A program made the translations under genes and the position numbers. From Pecten maximus (lineage: Eukaryota): 64,000 nt of DNA. Shown here piece by piece: positions 1 through 15,430 of this stretch. The stretch is from the NCBI RefSeq assembly GCF_902652985.1, contig NC_047030.1, positions 24,180,001 through 24,244,000 of the forward strand. The letters are read 5' to 3'. The stretch's first letter is position 1. Each line of letters starts with the position of its first letter. The notes beneath the pieces were generated by a model. The model was not told where the DNA came from, made no database searches, and saw nothing but the letters and a program-made list of their open reading frames with translations.

Positions 1-326
1 ATGCTAAATTCTAAACAGATGCACATCATTTTAAGCCAGAGGATCAGATTTCCCTGTGTCACACTATACCTGATAAACTACAGAACGAATCTCTCATTTT
101 TCTTTCAAAAATAATAATTCATCAGTAAACCCATTCAGGTCTAGCCATCAAAACACGTATACCTTATTTCACATTTCTATTACAAGCTTGGCCTGACAGA
201 ATCACCGGAATTCAAATGTTTATCTCAGACATCACAGAAAAAGAGACATGCGCATGTTTTATTTACTAACTGATACTATTAGGGTAACTTACACAAACAT
301 TTGGACAGAACATAAGACATATTTAC

Positions 327-359
327 CTTAGCGAGAAGCTTGAGAAACGTCGCTGCCAT
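327..359 (-). CDS. Candidate first coding exon (MAATFLKLLAK) of a minus-strand gene extending left of the window
   Basis: ATGGCAGCG start, AAG|gtaaat donor (phase 0), CpG-rich leader at 360-720. Confidence 0.3.
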
Positions 360-3300
360 ATCCGCGTAATTTGTCAATTCACGTGTTTAGGATCGATTTC
401 CATCAACCGCCGTAATTGATGGGCTAGCGGACACTTGGTTATTACTTTGCTATTAATCCCCAATCGGATGCGAACAACGTATTCACCGCGGTCCTTCAAT
501 TCCAAGAGCTCTTCAGACCCCGAATGGGCCGTGGACAAATCCGTAGTGACGTGTGTTCCGTGATGAAGTTATTCCTGGAGTCCGAGTCAAACAAATCACA
601 GACTTGCATATAGAAAAAGAGCACGTGGAACTGTTCCGCTTCCGTCACACAAATCGCTTGCCTACTTTCCCTTTGATGATAGTTCAGCACACTACGCTGC
701 TCGCGGTGTAATTATTTCGGTACATATTGAATGTAGACAATCTAATTTACACAGAGAATGGTTGATTGGTGTTCATGTGTGTTCAGACGCTGTCTTGTAG
801 AGATTTAAATCTTCTTCATCTTCAATATACTTACATATTACATACAGGCGATTACCACGACAATGTACACAGACGATCAATGGGTCTCGAGCTATGCTGA
901 CAGTGCTCTGCTGTAATGTGTGAACGCCTATACCAAAGGCAGCTACGATCATTAAGTCTATCGGATGTTAGGTTAATTTCAAAACACATGAGGTAATATG
1001 CTCCAAACAAGTAAGATTAACATACTGCGAAGGTTTGTTCGTACGAGTATATACTTTATAGTAGGTATACTGCTGTGTCTAGAAAACCGGTACCATTAAT
1101 TTCCAAGTCTGAATGCTAGAGAAGAATATCTCCCCTGCTAGCGAAGGAAAACATAAACAATTCCCACCCCTCAGACACAGTTATCAGCGGTAGGACATTG
1201 TTGTGATAGCAGATACCGACGCTATCACACGCGCAGTTTACTACTTGTATATGGGGTACACTTTCCACTTTATGTAATTTCCACGATAACAAGTCCATGC
1301 GAAAACCTTTATCGCCTATAACTGCATGTAGCGATATCGAACCTGCTTTAGGCGTAGCTCTATCATGTGAAAGGGACAATATAGCGATGTCTTGAACCAT
1401 ACATATGAACTATCTACCTTTTTTCCTCGCAAATTTAAATAGGCGTAGACGGTCGTATATTGACAAGAATCCCACCGCTTGCCGACAAAAAGTCTTATCT
1501 CCGTTTGAAGATGTCAAACGATCGGTAGAAACCACTTATGGTAGCGGAATATGAGCCTTAAAGAGACACCGGATGAAATAAAGATAAAAGTCCTCTTCTG
1601 CTCGGAAGTTCCAAGTCGTATGTGACAGGAAGTGTTGATGCACCACATTAACAAATAATACTAGTTACTTAATTTGACATTCAATAACGTTACCAATCGA
1701 ACCATGGTGTACAAATTATTCCCATGCGTGAGCAACGCATACACAATCAACGTGTTATACAAATATATCGATATTAACATATATCCGCAGACAATGTTCA
1801 ATGCATTTCGTATATATCCTAGATCTGATCACTTGTTAGTAAGTCTCCACCGTGAAAGATTATGCTTTGTTTGTGATTTTTGTCAGCTTGGCTACAACCA
1901 GTGACACATGTTAACACAATGCGTTATTTGTCAACAAAGGCACGTGCTTGTGTATTCAATTGCATTTTCCTCACGCCTGATAAGACCTGTCGGTAGGAAT
2001 GGGCGATCCGCTCCGTCTGTGACATGTTGATCAAGGTGGAGTTTCCCAGAAGCCTGAATGCCGTTCAGAAAATTGTGTAGACGTTAAAGTTAATTTTCTA
2101 ACGCTGTGAGGTATAACGATTGGAATCCGATGAAGCATGAACTCATATCCCAATGTGTAAAAAAGTAATACTGCTTCCTCTGAACGGGTGATTCGGCACC
2201 ATTGGATGATGTTGTCACTATGCCGGCAGCATCTGGTGCTAATTGGCTTAACACACACATATATATTATATATGTTTGTATTCAGTGTCTGCCATTATGC
2301 TGCATATTAATAGGAAGCTATGACGACTTAATGAAGCACGTGATGTAACGAAACGTCACTTCTGTCGCGTGCTTTACATTTCCGTTGGTATAATAAAGAT
2401 ATGAGTTAAGCACATTTCCGAACCTACAAAATAATGTATCTGATGTTATTAGTGTGGTTCAAAGAGTCGGCTATAACAAAATGCATATGTGAATCAAGTT
2501 TGGCTTCCCTCGATGCTCTTCATGGTGTTGTATACCAAACATATATCAGATTGAAAAGACCATGTTTAATAGTTAAATTGCATTACATCTAGGAAATTCA
2601 CGTCCTCAAAATACTATAATGACGTTCTGCAAGTAAATCATGAGGTCGGTCAAACAAAGAGAAACAAACATCGATTTGTCTGACTGAAAAACCTAGTCAC
2701 ATACAAGTTCTGACACTCATGTCTTTTCGGATTGATATCCATGTACGGGTTTAACACCTTGTCGATGTGATTGTTGCACGTGCTAATTTGACCATTCAAT
2801 CAGTTTTTTTTTCGGTATTTCATTTCATTATTGTCGGGTATTGATAATCAAATTGGTCTCAGACTCTTTATATACCTAATGGGACAAACAAAAATCCAGG
2901 GAATAGTATCTTCAATTTCAATACTCTAACCGTACTTATTTTAGTGGTTATCTTATTTTAACGTCTTTTCGCGCTAGAAAAAGCATTACACTAAATTATG
3001 ATTACGTGAATCTCATTTTCTACATAATGTTTCTATATAAAAATGACAATTTTGGCGCGCCAATTCACCGTCCCGCTTATCTGATAAAATTCAGAAATGC
3101 ACTAAGATATGAGTACGCCAAATAAATCATGTTTACAGTATTCAATTTCTATTTTGAAAATGCCAGATCATAGAAAGTAGATTGTCCCCAAACACCCAAG
3201 CGTCCATTGTACAGCTATTTCCTACACTGATCCGGGGATGTCAACTCTCTATCATTTAGCATTAACTGAACAGATTTCGATAAATATTGAATCATAAACT

Positions 3301-3643
3301 TGAACTCGAATATGCATAGTTCGCTCAGAAATCTATTCAAATTGAATTATGTCTGTGTCCTACGGTCGATAAACCTGACAGCATATCAATTCAAATGCTC
3401 CATAAAATCCAATAGCTATACGTGATAGCACGGGGCTTCCGAACAAGACGATAGTTACCGCTGTCACAAACTGCTCTTTTGGCCTGTTGACAAATTGTTT
3501 GGTGTGCCAACCGAGGTCTCTTTCCAAAACCTATTATGACGTCACGCACGCCATTATATTCAAATGCAGAGATTTCTCAAGGAGGATTCACAAAGCGGGT
3601 GTCTCATAATTTATCCAAAAAAAAAATTACTCATAGAAATTCT

Positions 3644-3745
3644 ATGTCAAGGCAATTTCAAAGCTATATCAAGGTTATGTAAAGGTTATGTCAAGGCCGT
3701 GTCAAGATTATGTCAAGGCCATGTCAAGGTCATGTCAAGGTTATG
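3644..3745. repeat. 11 bp short tandem repeat (TCAAGGTTATG-like)
   Basis: About 9 imperfect copies. Confidence 0.75.
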
Positions 3746-4980
3746 GAGTTTCCTTCCTGTATTGTATGGGGGGGAATCCTGATTATATTTTCTCATTTGC
3801 CTTGTTTTAGTCTTTAGATAAAGTTCTGCATTCAACAATATTCAATGATGATTAAGGCACATTTAGGTTAAATCATTTTCTACATTGCGCCATTGTAGAT
3901 TATTATCTTCGTGGGATAAGAGAAGATATATTCGGTTATGACTTTGCAGTGGTCAATTCTCAAGTAAATATGAGGTGTGTGTAATATCACTGTATAGTAC
4001 AGGGAGCTCACAGTCTGTACAAACAACCAGGTCGCCACTAGTAGCCATGCTATTAATTGATTGCTATTTATATTATGGCTTGGCCGTAGAGGAGAGAGTG
4101 GGCTGCCGTCAAAATAAATAACAGACATCTTGTAGGGCTTCATCACAACATCTTCATGTCATTTCATGCCAGTAATAATGCGGTCCTGTGTATAATTCCC
4201 TACCACACCTAGTATTTCTGGGTGTAATTATATCAGCTGAGGATTACAACACCAGCATTATATGTACGGATGCTATCTTCACTGACACCTACCAACACAA
4301 GCGCCCAATGTTCAGATGCTATCGTACGGCAGTTGGCCTCCATGCGAGTTGAAGAGCCCCTGAAAGACATTGTTAACAGTTGGTTCTCTCACACATTAAC
4401 TTTTGCACATTTTTACATCCAAATTGTTGAAAGAATGGGAAGTTTTATTCATTTCCGCCTCGGTCTGTGTAAAGCGTTTAAGTTAGCTTACGACGGGTCA
4501 CACACATATTCGCCGCTCTCCAATACCATAGCAATGCGAGCCTAATCGGATCGCCAGAGCTCAGAACCCATGATTTTTCCATTAATGTCGGCTACGTTAT
4601 TAAGTCATATCTCTGATTCTCGCCATGGTGTTTAGGTGAACATGATGGCTATTGCTACACTGACTTGTCCGTTGCCTTGTATTTGTGACGTTACAGAACA
4701 GCGGGCTCCCAATTTCCGGAATTGCATGTTTATTGTGTTTACGAGGTGCCTCTTTGTGAAAACTACAACCTGCACTGTCATACCTCATGTGCGAAAAATA
4801 CAGACGGTGTATTTCATGGTGATTTGTACCGACTTTTGGTCCCTAGCTTCATCAACGAGTCCTAGAATACCGAAACAGCTGTGGTATATGGTGGTGTTTT
4901 GTATTCATTATTTATCTATTCCTAAACTCATACACTAAACTGAGCTACTCTTTTGTGTGTGTTTTGTATCATTATTTACA

Positions 4981-5760
4981 TATATATAGACCCCAATGTA
5001 ACTCCCTATAGTACAATAACACACGGTACAATCATTACACTATATATAGACCCCAATGTAACTCTCTATAGTACAATAACACACGGTACAATCATTACAC
5101 TATATATAGACCCCAATGTAACTCTCTAGTGTACAATAACACACGGTACAATCATTACACTATATATAGACCCCAATGTAACTCCCTATTGTACAATAAC
5201 ACACGGTACAATCATTACACTATATACAGACCCCAATGTAACTCTCTATTGTACAATAACACACGGTACAATCATTACACTATATATAGACCCCAATGTA
5301 ACTCTCTAGTGTACAATAACACACGGTACAATCATTACACTATATATAGACCCCAATGTAACTCTCTATTGTACAATAACACACGGTACAATCATTACAC
5401 TATATATAGACCCCAATGTAACTCCCTATTGTACAATAACACACGGTACAATCATTACACTATATATAGACCCCAATGTAACTCTCTATTGTACAATAAC
5501 ACACGGTACAATCATTACACTATATATAGACCCCAATGTAACTCCCTATTGTACAATAACACACGGTACAATCATTACACTATAAATAGACCCCAATGTA
5601 ACTCTCTATTGTACAATAACACACGGTACAATCATTACACTATATATAGACCCCAATGTAACTCCCTATAGTACAATAACACACGGTACAATCATTACAC
5701 TATATATAGACCCCAATGTAACTCTCTATTGTACAATAACACACGGTACAATCATTTCAC
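4981..5760. repeat. 60 bp tandem repeat, 13 near-identical copies
   Basis: Unit TATATATAGACCCCAATGTAACTC(C/T)CTA(T/G)(T/A)GTACAATAACACACGGTACAATCATTACAC, in exact register with the 60-nt lines. Confidence 0.97.
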
Positions 5761-5767
5761 TTAATAT

Positions 5768-6170
5768 GAGTACAAGTACCGTTGGTATCAGGTTGGGTTC
5801 CAATGGACTAATTAATTAGTACAAGTACCGTTGGTACTAGGTTGGGTTCCAATGGACTAATTAGTACAAGTACCGTTGGTATCAGGTTGGGTTCTAATGG
5901 ACTAATTAATTAGTACAAGTACCGTTGGTACCAGGTTGGATTCCAATGGACTAATTAGTACAAGTACCGTTGGTACCAGGTTGGATTCCAATGGACTAAT
6001 TAGTACAATTACCGGTAGTACCAGTTGGGTTCCTTTGGACTAATTAATTAGTACAAGTACCGTTGGTACTAGTTTGGGTTCCAATGGACTTATAAGTACA
6101 AGCACCGAAGGTACCAGGTTGGATTCCAATGGACTACTTAGTACAAGTACCGTTGGTACCAGGTCGGGTT
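5768..6170. repeat. 45-49 bp tandem repeat, ~9 copies
   Basis: Unit AGTACAAGTACCGTTGGTACCAGGTTGG(G/A)TTCCAATGGACTAATT(AATT); it directly abuts the 60-mer array. Confidence 0.93.
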
Positions 6171-8169
6171 TCAGTTCAAGTTTCAGTGGTAAAGACATGT
6201 AACCTCATAAGCTACATTGTACATGTATATAAGCCATACAGATTAACACAATTTTAAGTTAATAATAACTAATGGTTTTATATAAGTATATCAATATTAC
6301 ACTGGTATCTAGGAAATAATCGGAACACCCTGACGAATTTCTAGTTTAGTCAAAGCATACCGAAAACATTAGTCCACTGGGCTTCATGCCATTATTTATC
6401 TGAATCCGTAGAACGAAAAAGGCAGGAAAATCCTATTTACGGCGACATGTACTGAAAAATAGCACAATGAATAATTTAGCAATTGTATGTATTCTGCATG
6501 CCACAGAAAAAACTGAATAATGTATTGTTTACTGAGATGGTCAAGTGAGGACAGAGTGGTCGTGTCGGACAACAACAGAGTGACAAATTCGTACTGGCGT
6601 GCGGACCATTAGCCACCTGAATCCTACCTAATGGGGAGAGACGGCAGTCTGGAAGGTGATGACGACTTGGCAGATTCAGGTTACGTGTGAACCATTTAGG
6701 TTACCGTCGCTCAACTCCAGCATATGAAGCGAGATGAGTTCTTACCAGCGCTTCAACAGGTCGAAGGTTTGCTCAAAAGACATAGAATATATCAGCAGAT
6801 TTTTTTCAGTACATATTTTTTTAATCATGATTATTTCATTTCATTCTAATAGTATTTGTACTTTTCCCTTCTGTTTATTGTTTAATTGTCATATAGACTG
6901 TATTTTGCGATACTCCGTGCTCATGGATTTGCTAAGACGATAATGTGTGAAAATGTCAAGACAGACAAAGAAAAGAAATACAGGTAGTCCTCAGTAATAT
7001 ACTGATGAGAGTCCGAGAGTTACTGCCTGTAAACTTTCTGTCAGTCAAGTTCCGTCACAGGATCCCGGAACACCTGCTGGTTTGACGAATCCGTATTCTA
7101 ATGGAAAGGAAAATTAACCTCTCAGATGATGACAGTTACAGTGTAGTTCTATTTATAGCAACAGCGACCTTGTTTTAGTATCCGGAAAATAAACATATAA
7201 ATGCGACGTAATTTTTTCGGTATCGCATCCCATGAAGGATTTTATAGGTGGACCACGTAGAGCTTTTAATGTTCTGGATTATCTCTCCTTTCTTTTTGTC
7301 TCTGACACCAGGTGGCGCTGCTTACCCAGTGGTCGAATGAGATTAAAACACTTCCGGTAATGACATTTCATCAATTGTGAATTTAGAAATGGAACCACCA
7401 AATGCAAAATAATGGTGATAGAAATGCCACATATGACTGTTTCATCCTTCAAGAACTCGTCAGTGATTATAGGGGCAAAGGTCGTAGGGTTCCAGAAGGA
7501 GAGTCGATAACATCAAAATTGGTGATTTTTTCATTTATTTAATTTCTTTTTTTCCCGTTACTTTTTGGCAAATTCAAAATCGCTATGATATACACGTAAT
7601 ACCTTGGTAAGCGGAGTAATGGTAAACACCACGGACCTAATATTTACAAGCAGAGCTTACCCCCTGGAGATCACAAAGGCGTCATACAGCTGGTACATCC
7701 CTCATTACATTCCGAATCACGCAATTTCGGTATCATTATTACGTCAAGGACAACAGAAAAAAATCGTTTCTTGTTGCGAACAAATCGTTATACCTCAAAT
7801 TGTCCTTATGAGAGTATTTACAATCCCAATTCAAAATCTAATACATATTTCATTTCCCCGGGTCTCTACTCATCGCCCTCGCTTTTATGTTTTAGAAGAA
7901 ACAATCACGGCGAATCGATCAACGTCAATTCCCGTTGATAGATTGCCGTGAAAAGATTAGATACATAGCGTGATCAAATTACAAAGGCAATTGTTGTCTT
8001 TGACAATGAAATAACCAATACCTGTCGTATTTTAACAGTTAATTCAAATATATTTGTATTTTTTTAATATTTCAGTTTTAAAGTTTTAACCTGTTTTAAT
8101 GGAATTTAGGACAATAGGAAGAATACATTTTATATAGCTATTACGATAGCTGCTATTGGTGACTAACAA

Positions 8170-9230
8170 CACAGTCCTCTGGCCTGACATCAACTACACT
8201 ATCCCTTGGAGTGACACAGTCCCGCCTACCAACTACACTGTGTCATGGAGTGACAGTCCCACTACCAAATACACTGTCCCCTGGAGTGACAGTCCCGCTA
8301 CCATATACACTGTCCCCTGGAGTGACACAGTCTCGCTACCATATACACTGTCCCCTGGAGTGACACAGTCTCGCTACCATATACACTGTCCCCTGGAGTG
8401 ACACAATCTCGCTACCCAATACACTGTCCCGGGGAGTGACACAGTCCGACATATCCACTACACTGTCCCCTGGAGTGATACACAGTTCTGCCTACCCAAT
8501 ACACTGTCCCCTGGAGTGACACAGTCCCCGCCTACCCACTACACTGTCCTCTGTGGTTAATATACACTCCCGCCTACCCACTACACTGTCCCCTGGAGTG
8601 ATACACAGTCCCGCCTAACCCACTAACACTGTCTCGTGGGGTTATATACATCCGTGGTGCCCCCTCGCCCTACCGGCCTACCACTATACTGTCCCCTGGA
8701 GTGATACACACTCCCTCCTACCCACTACAACTGTCCCCTGTAGTGATTACACAAGTCCCGCACTACCCATCTAAAAAAAAAAAAACTGTCTCTGGAGTGA
8801 TACACACTCCCGCCTACCCACTACACTGTCCCCTGGAGTGATACACACTCCCTGCCTACCCACTACACTGTCCCCTGGAGTGATACACACTCCCGCCTAC
8901 CCACTACACTATCCCCTGGAGTGACACACTCCCGCCTACCCACTACACTTTCCCCTGGAGTGATACACAGTCCCGCCTACCCACTACACTGTTCCCTGGA
9001 GTAATATAACTCCCGCCTACCCACTATACTGTCCCCTGGAGTGATACACACTCCCGCCTACCCACTACACTGTCCCCTGGAGTGACACAGTCCCGCCTAC
9101 CCACTACACTTTCCCCTGGAGTGATACACACTCCCACCTACCCACTACACTGTCCCCTGGAGTGATACACCCTCCCACCTACCCACTACACTATCCCCTA
9201 GAGTGATACACAATCCCACCTACCCACTAC
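8170..9230. repeat. 40-42 bp minisatellite, ~26 copies
   Basis: Unit CCACTACACTGTCCCCTGGAGTGA(TA)CACA(C/G)TCCCGCCTAC; the middle (about 8560-8790) is indel-rich. Confidence 0.93.
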
Positions 9231-11472
9231 AAAATACAGCTATCGATCACAACGATTGGTTAATCACAAACAATAATTTCCGGAGAGCCGTATTTAGTTT
9301 TAATTTCTGTTTACACAACTCTAAGCCCGTATTTACTTGCCGCTCAAGTTCATATATTGCAGGTGTCAGATTTTATTCCATAGAAAATAATTAAAACAGA
9401 CAAGAGCATGGTATTCTCCAAACTTAATTAACTGTGATTTTATGCATGGACAAAATATCAAGTGAGTCACGCATGGTATTGGGTGGAGTACCTAACTGTT
9501 CATCGCATATTACGCAGATCTAGCAATATTTTGAAGAACAAGGGGTCGGAATCGACAGACATCTGCCAGAAGGGTCCGCACAGTGAACGGTACCAGAACT
9601 ACGCCGATAGCCTGATAATCAGATGGATGATTGTTGTGATATTTAGAATAAACAGATAATACTTTGTTCTCGCCATTTCGTCAAATGTTACACTGTAAAT
9701 AATTACAGTCTTGAGGTGGCGAGAAACTTCAATACCAACAACCACGTGTATAACTGCATATTCTCCATGTCAAATTTTATCCTTAACACGCCTTAACATA
9801 ACGAGCAGGTGTCAATCTCAAAGCACGCGCAGAAATATAATCAAAGACATGTAAACAAGCTCATGTAAATTTCAACAAGCTCAAATATAATCAATCACAG
9901 GTAAACACGTGCGAGTAATACCAATAGAAACGGGTAAACATAATGATCCCTTGTTTCATATTTGTTGTATAAACTGTATTTTATTTCTACATAAATAATT
10001 GCTAACAAAATATCAAAATTTGATAGATTGGATCTTACAAATACATCACAAAATCTACCTTAAATCGTTAAAGTAAGCGTTCTTAAAGTGCCTACTTGTT
10101 CACAAACACAATAAAAAAATAAATAAATGTTTGTTTAGTTACAAATATAGTAGATTCAGTGTCGCATGGAAGTTTGAGCTTATTGCATGTTTCTTCATGC
10201 TTTAAAAGCGCTTCCATGATTTTTGACACAAAATAGTGAAAGAAACGATTTAGGATTTCCGGATTTATTTCACCATTAGGTAGGGTGTTCTGGACGTGTT
10301 ACGAGGAGTTCTCGGTTACACCCTTAACAATAACTTTACATCTCCTTATCGTTCCCTTATTGTCCGTCTTAAGAGCAATATTCTAGTTACTGGACGCTGT
10401 CCAATATGCGCAACACGTTAAACGATAATGTGTAAACAAATATGTTTGAATTATTATGTAGGTTTAAAAGTGTGTGTATGTGCTTAACAAACACGTGTAA
10501 AACGTAAAACGCATATAAAATAAAAAGGCATATACCTCAAATACACACTATAAGAGAGGTACATGAATGACCCTTGACCCAGTATGTCATTTAGGTTTAT
10601 AACTCATTTGTCCCCTATGACCTTGAAAACACACCAAGGTCGTTATTCAATATGCTGCTTGCACAATACTAGTTAGACTGGCCACCAACTCCCGAGTTTT
10701 TTGGCTCCGCTAAATTTTATTCATTTCATAAACGAACAACGCCGGTCCAACTGGTGCAACCGTTTGGACCGCAAAAATGAAAACGGTCTTGGAATCAGAC
10801 TTAGAACCGGACCAAAATCTTCTTAAAGGCCATTCTTATTTATAATATCAATATTCTAGAGACAGGGGCCAGTCTAAATACCAAATGAAAAAGTTGTTTT
10901 GAATGTACATTGTATGACCCCTGTGACCTTGGAAGTAGGCTGAGGTCATTCATTTGAACAAACTTTGTAGTCCTCCATCCCACACTGACGTTATACACCG
11001 CCATGGGCCTTTTAGCTAATCAGAAGAGGACATTTATTTCTCCTCTAGCAAGTTTTATGTTTTCTTGTTCCCTCCGACATTGAATAGGACTTGGATATGC
11101 AGGAATCTCCCGTACATGCAGTGTCGAAATTGTGGAATGTTTACAAGCCTATACATACACGTACCAGCATGCGAGCTTTCTAATTAAATAACCGCCCTGT
11201 TAACACCACTGACTGACGTTCTGTCTTTCCCGCTGTCCACGGGCGATGTTCCTTTTCCCCAGGGCTATCAACAGGTAACGGTACATGTGCTTCAATTAAA
11301 ATAAACTTCAACAATTGCTGATACATAAGGGAATTGGGAGGTATACCATGTGTTCTGTAAATATGTTCAGATGTTCAGATCACTTTAAACTAACCTCATT
11401 TACATTATTAATGGCATTCCATTCCGGTGCTTCCCTTTAATTCTGCGTAAAAATGTGACGATGATTTCCCCT

Positions 11473-11488
11473 CGACGACGACGACGAC

Positions 11489-11523
<35 letters not shown>
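11473..11523. repeat. (GAC)n(GAT)n compound microsatellite
   Basis: Read directly from the sequence. Confidence 0.9.
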
Positions 11524-11524
<1 letters not shown>

Positions 11525-12409
11525 AGTGACGATCGGTACATATTTTAACTAATCACGTTGGCAAAAAGAAAAAAAAACTTTAATAGAAACAGCGATAAGT
11601 AATACAGAATGTATCCCATAATTCCCGTCATCCAAACCTAAACATCCGATACATTTAAACGCCCAGGTGAAATTTTTTTTTTTTTTTTACGGCCCGATAT
11701 TCAAGGATGCCACATAAACAGATACTGTATCTTACGATACTTAATGAAAACAAATATTCCCCTTGTTACAATATGCATTGTAATAACTGTTCTCATAGGA
11801 CAATAAACACGTTGCGAAACTTTTAAGTGCACGGTTTACAATCTAATCCAGCGTAACAAAACAAACAATGATAGAAATGTCGCGTCGTTACGTTGGAGTT
11901 GATTGTCACACGACTTTGTAACATGACAGTTATATCAGCAGATTGAGCAGATAATTCATCGGGAAAACACCATCCGCAGTACCTTCAGTCAAACGCATGG
12001 AGTCAGCATGGTACTTGTCACACAAAATTTATGGTAACACGTGAAGAAGAAACAAAAATAAATCGCAGCATCACGATACTCTAGCTGTACGGGGAGCAGA
12101 CATTTATTTTTAAAATCATTTGCGATACATGTACCGAATGCTATCATCATCCGTTATGAGCATCTTCGGGTGTCTTGGGGGCCACATTCCACCGATTTTT
12201 TTTTTTTTTTTTTTTAATGTGCAATGTTACTCACGATTCACTAGGTGTTTTCTCTTTTTCTTCTCAAAAACTGCGAATATAACTTGAAAGTTGGATACGT
12301 GTTAGTTTTGACACACAAATATTTCGTTTGGATTTTTATCAACGAAACGATCCATGTACAAGAGTAATTAGTGTACTGAACGACCCGGATGTTGTTTTAA
12401 CGCGACAGA

Positions 12410-12481
12410 CAATCGGCTAACCTCGGCCAATTCCGGTACCCTATAGATGACCGTAGAGAATCGGCCGAGGTGTGCCGAGTG
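12410..12481. mobile_element. 72 bp mini-MITE with 24-bp TIRs and an 8-9 bp target duplication
   Basis: CAATCGGCTAACCTCGGCCAATTC / GAATCGGCCGAGGTGTGCCGAGTG, flanked by (c/t)GCGACAGA on both sides. Confidence 0.72.
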
Positions 12482-12944
12482 TGCGACAGAGTGAGTGCTT
12501 TGCAATCACCAAAATCATCATGCACAAAATTCAATACCGATTGTGATATACGAAAGATTTCGGGCGGGCCAGATTTTGTTAATGTTCGGTAATTTGTGCC
12601 AGCATTTTTTTATTTTTTTTTATTCAAAATGTCATAATATGGCTGTCAGCCATCGGGATGACAAACAAATTGTGACCATTGCATATTTATTTATATAACC
12701 CATCACCTCGTAATGACAGTTAGAATACAGACAAATCTGTACAATGTACATTATATTGTCCCTTTGTTTGAATACTATTTCAATTTTTACAACGGGAAAG
12801 GAGTAGATGCATTTACAGACCACACTAAAGAGATATAAATGGCGATAATAACTATTTATGAAAGTGTTACGTTTTGACTATGTGTAGAAAAACTGTTTAA
12901 AGCTGATGATGATATCCAAAGTCATCGGCATGATGGCGTACATG

Positions 12945-13515
12945 ATGATAGTATCGCCAAAGTAATCGATAAACAGACAACATTACACAATCGCCAAATC
13001 AACCGATAAAATGGCAAAATTAAATTATCGCCAAAGTAATCGATAAATAGGCAAAAATAAATGATCGCCAAAAATAGATAAATAAATAAAGATAAATAGG
13101 CAAAAATAAATGATCGCCAAAGTAATCGATTAATAGGCAAAAATAAAACAATCGACAAATTAACCGATAAAAAGGCAAAATTACATTTTCGAAAAAGTAA
13201 TTGATAAATAGGCAAAATAAATGATCGCCAAAGTAACCAATAATAGGCAAAAATAAATCAGCGTCAAAGTAATCGATTAATAGGCAAACATGAATCATCG
13301 TCAAACTAATCGATAATTGGACAAAATAACACAATCGCCAAATTAATCGATACACAGACAAACTGGCATGATGCCAAGATAATTGATACACAGATCTGAG
13401 GACATAATTACCAAAATAATAGATAAACAGACAAGATGATAATATTTGTACATGTATTGCATATGTAAACGATAAACACACATGATGACAATATTGCCAA
13501 AGTAATCGATAAACA
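12945..13515. repeat. Degenerate ~36 bp tandem repeat
   Basis: Recurring ATCGCCAAAGTAATCGATAAATAGGCAAAA core. It explains the F/L/Y-rich minus-strand ORFs here. Confidence 0.85.
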
Positions 13516-15430
13516 GGTACTATTACATTACCGCATACGATATTATTCGAAGCCGGAAAAGCTCATCAAATTTCATTATTTTTGTTACGGATCTCTCCGC
13601 CTGCCGTAGCTGTCAGTATGTTTTTCGTATTACGACCATCATTCAACAAAATTGCGACTAAACATTTCCTTCTCTTGTTTTAATGACGCCTGAATTCTGT
13701 CATATCCGTACGATAATGAACAATAAATCTGATAATCTGAAAGTTACTGTCATCCACGTTGTTAATGGCGAGCTGATGAGATCTCATTAGCAGACATTCT
13801 GTATTTATCTGTTGTAAAAATCTCCACGCGTCTCACAATGATTTTTAAAGGGCATATTTCATACCTTTTAATTATCTTCGACATGAGTTTAAATGTATAC
13901 ATAACATCATTTAATACGTTAAGGCGCATAACGACCGCCATTTAATTGTCTATAATTTTACCTATTACATGTAGCCGATGCAACATAGATTTTGTTGCAG
14001 TAGATATAAAAGTCTTACTCAAATGGCATTGTCTTAAAGAAATAGTCTTACAGAAACAGAATTTCAGAAAAGAAAAATCATTTGTTCTACAGAAAAATAT
14101 AAGCTGGTAAAACCAGTATTCTCCATGAAATATTTGTCATATAAAACCAAGTCTTATAGAAATAGCGCTCTCACAAAAATATTAGTCCTACAGTAATAAT
14201 GGTATCGTCAGAATTATTTTTACAGAAACAGTATTCATAATTACCAATATTTTTCATAGATGCGAATATGTGTTTGAATACTTGCAAATTTGAAGCTATG
14301 AAAAATATTGCTTATTTATTTTCAGAAATTCAGATATTTCTCTCAAGCATAAAAAAAAAACATAGAGTAGAAAAAAATAGCTTCATTTGAAAGTAGGTAT
14401 ATATAAGCTGCTTTCTGGTGGGCTTTGGGTTTTAAAAATGTATGATAAATAATAAATTTTGATGACTTTTTCTCTCAGTAAACAGGTACTGAAATACATT
14501 GCCGACAGACCTGCTAGAGCTACCTCCCTTTATACAGAAACCGATTTTATACGAAACGTCGCCATGCAAAATATCCCTCGTATTGATCACTCATCAACGT
14601 TCGGGCGTTTAACCGAGACATTGTTTTCTTGTTTCAGAAAATTTATTTGACATGAATTTCCGTATATATTCATATTTCTCCCTCAAGCGGAAGAAGTTAA
14701 TTCCAGGCAATCGATGGCAGCATGGCAAAAAGACATTTGTCTTCGATAATCACTATACCTGGTTCCTAATCAAATCCACCGTGATACACAACGATCTTAT
14801 CTCCTTCGGCTTCTGCCACAAAACAAGTTTTACATTTCTCTTAATTTTTTACAGTCCACGTCACTGATGTCTGGTCGTTTGTTTGAATATGTGAAAGTTT
14901 CGATTTTTAAAGACCAATTAGACCGACTTTGACACTTCAAACAAATGTGTACGGTTAGCGGTACATAATCATAGAGAGAGAAAGTAGAGTAAGTTAGGTT
15001 ATAATGAAATGTCACAGGTTTACTGAAATAAGAAATAGTGATGGCAATAAGTTTGCTGTCACGACTGACGCTCCATTTCACCTCATATGGGACAGAAATT
15101 TATCAGACTATTATTTAGACTTTTAAATTGAATCAAGAGGCCTATCTGGCCTGTATCGTTCATATTCTTCAGTCGTTCTCAAGATCAGTTAATGTTGTTA
15201 TCAAATATAAATCATGTTATTCATCTCACGAATAACGTACGTACATTTACTTTGCCAAGCTCCACGCTACCACCTACCATCTTTCTGAAACCACTGTCTT
15301 CATGAATTTTGTTTTTATCATATTTTTGAAAATCAATATTCTACCTTGTTTAAAGTTTCCCATGTTTGCTTGTTTTGTTTTTTCTTTTGTTTTTGGTGGG
15401 GGTTTTTTTTGGGGGGGGGGGGGGGGGAGG

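Noticed and set aside
5129-5671. 180-aa ORF with a 20-aa repeat
   Set aside because: It is a by-product of the 60-bp array. Flanking units carry in-frame TAG, and there is no ATG or splice context.
6530-6790. Exon-like patches (PPESYLMGRDGSLEGDDDLADSGYV* on +; MSFEQTFDLLKRW|gtaaga on -)
   Set aside because: Short, conflicting strands and no homology recognised.
13020-13481. Hydrophobic 153-aa ORF resembling a membrane protein
   Set aside because: It is a translation of the A-rich 36-bp degenerate repeat.
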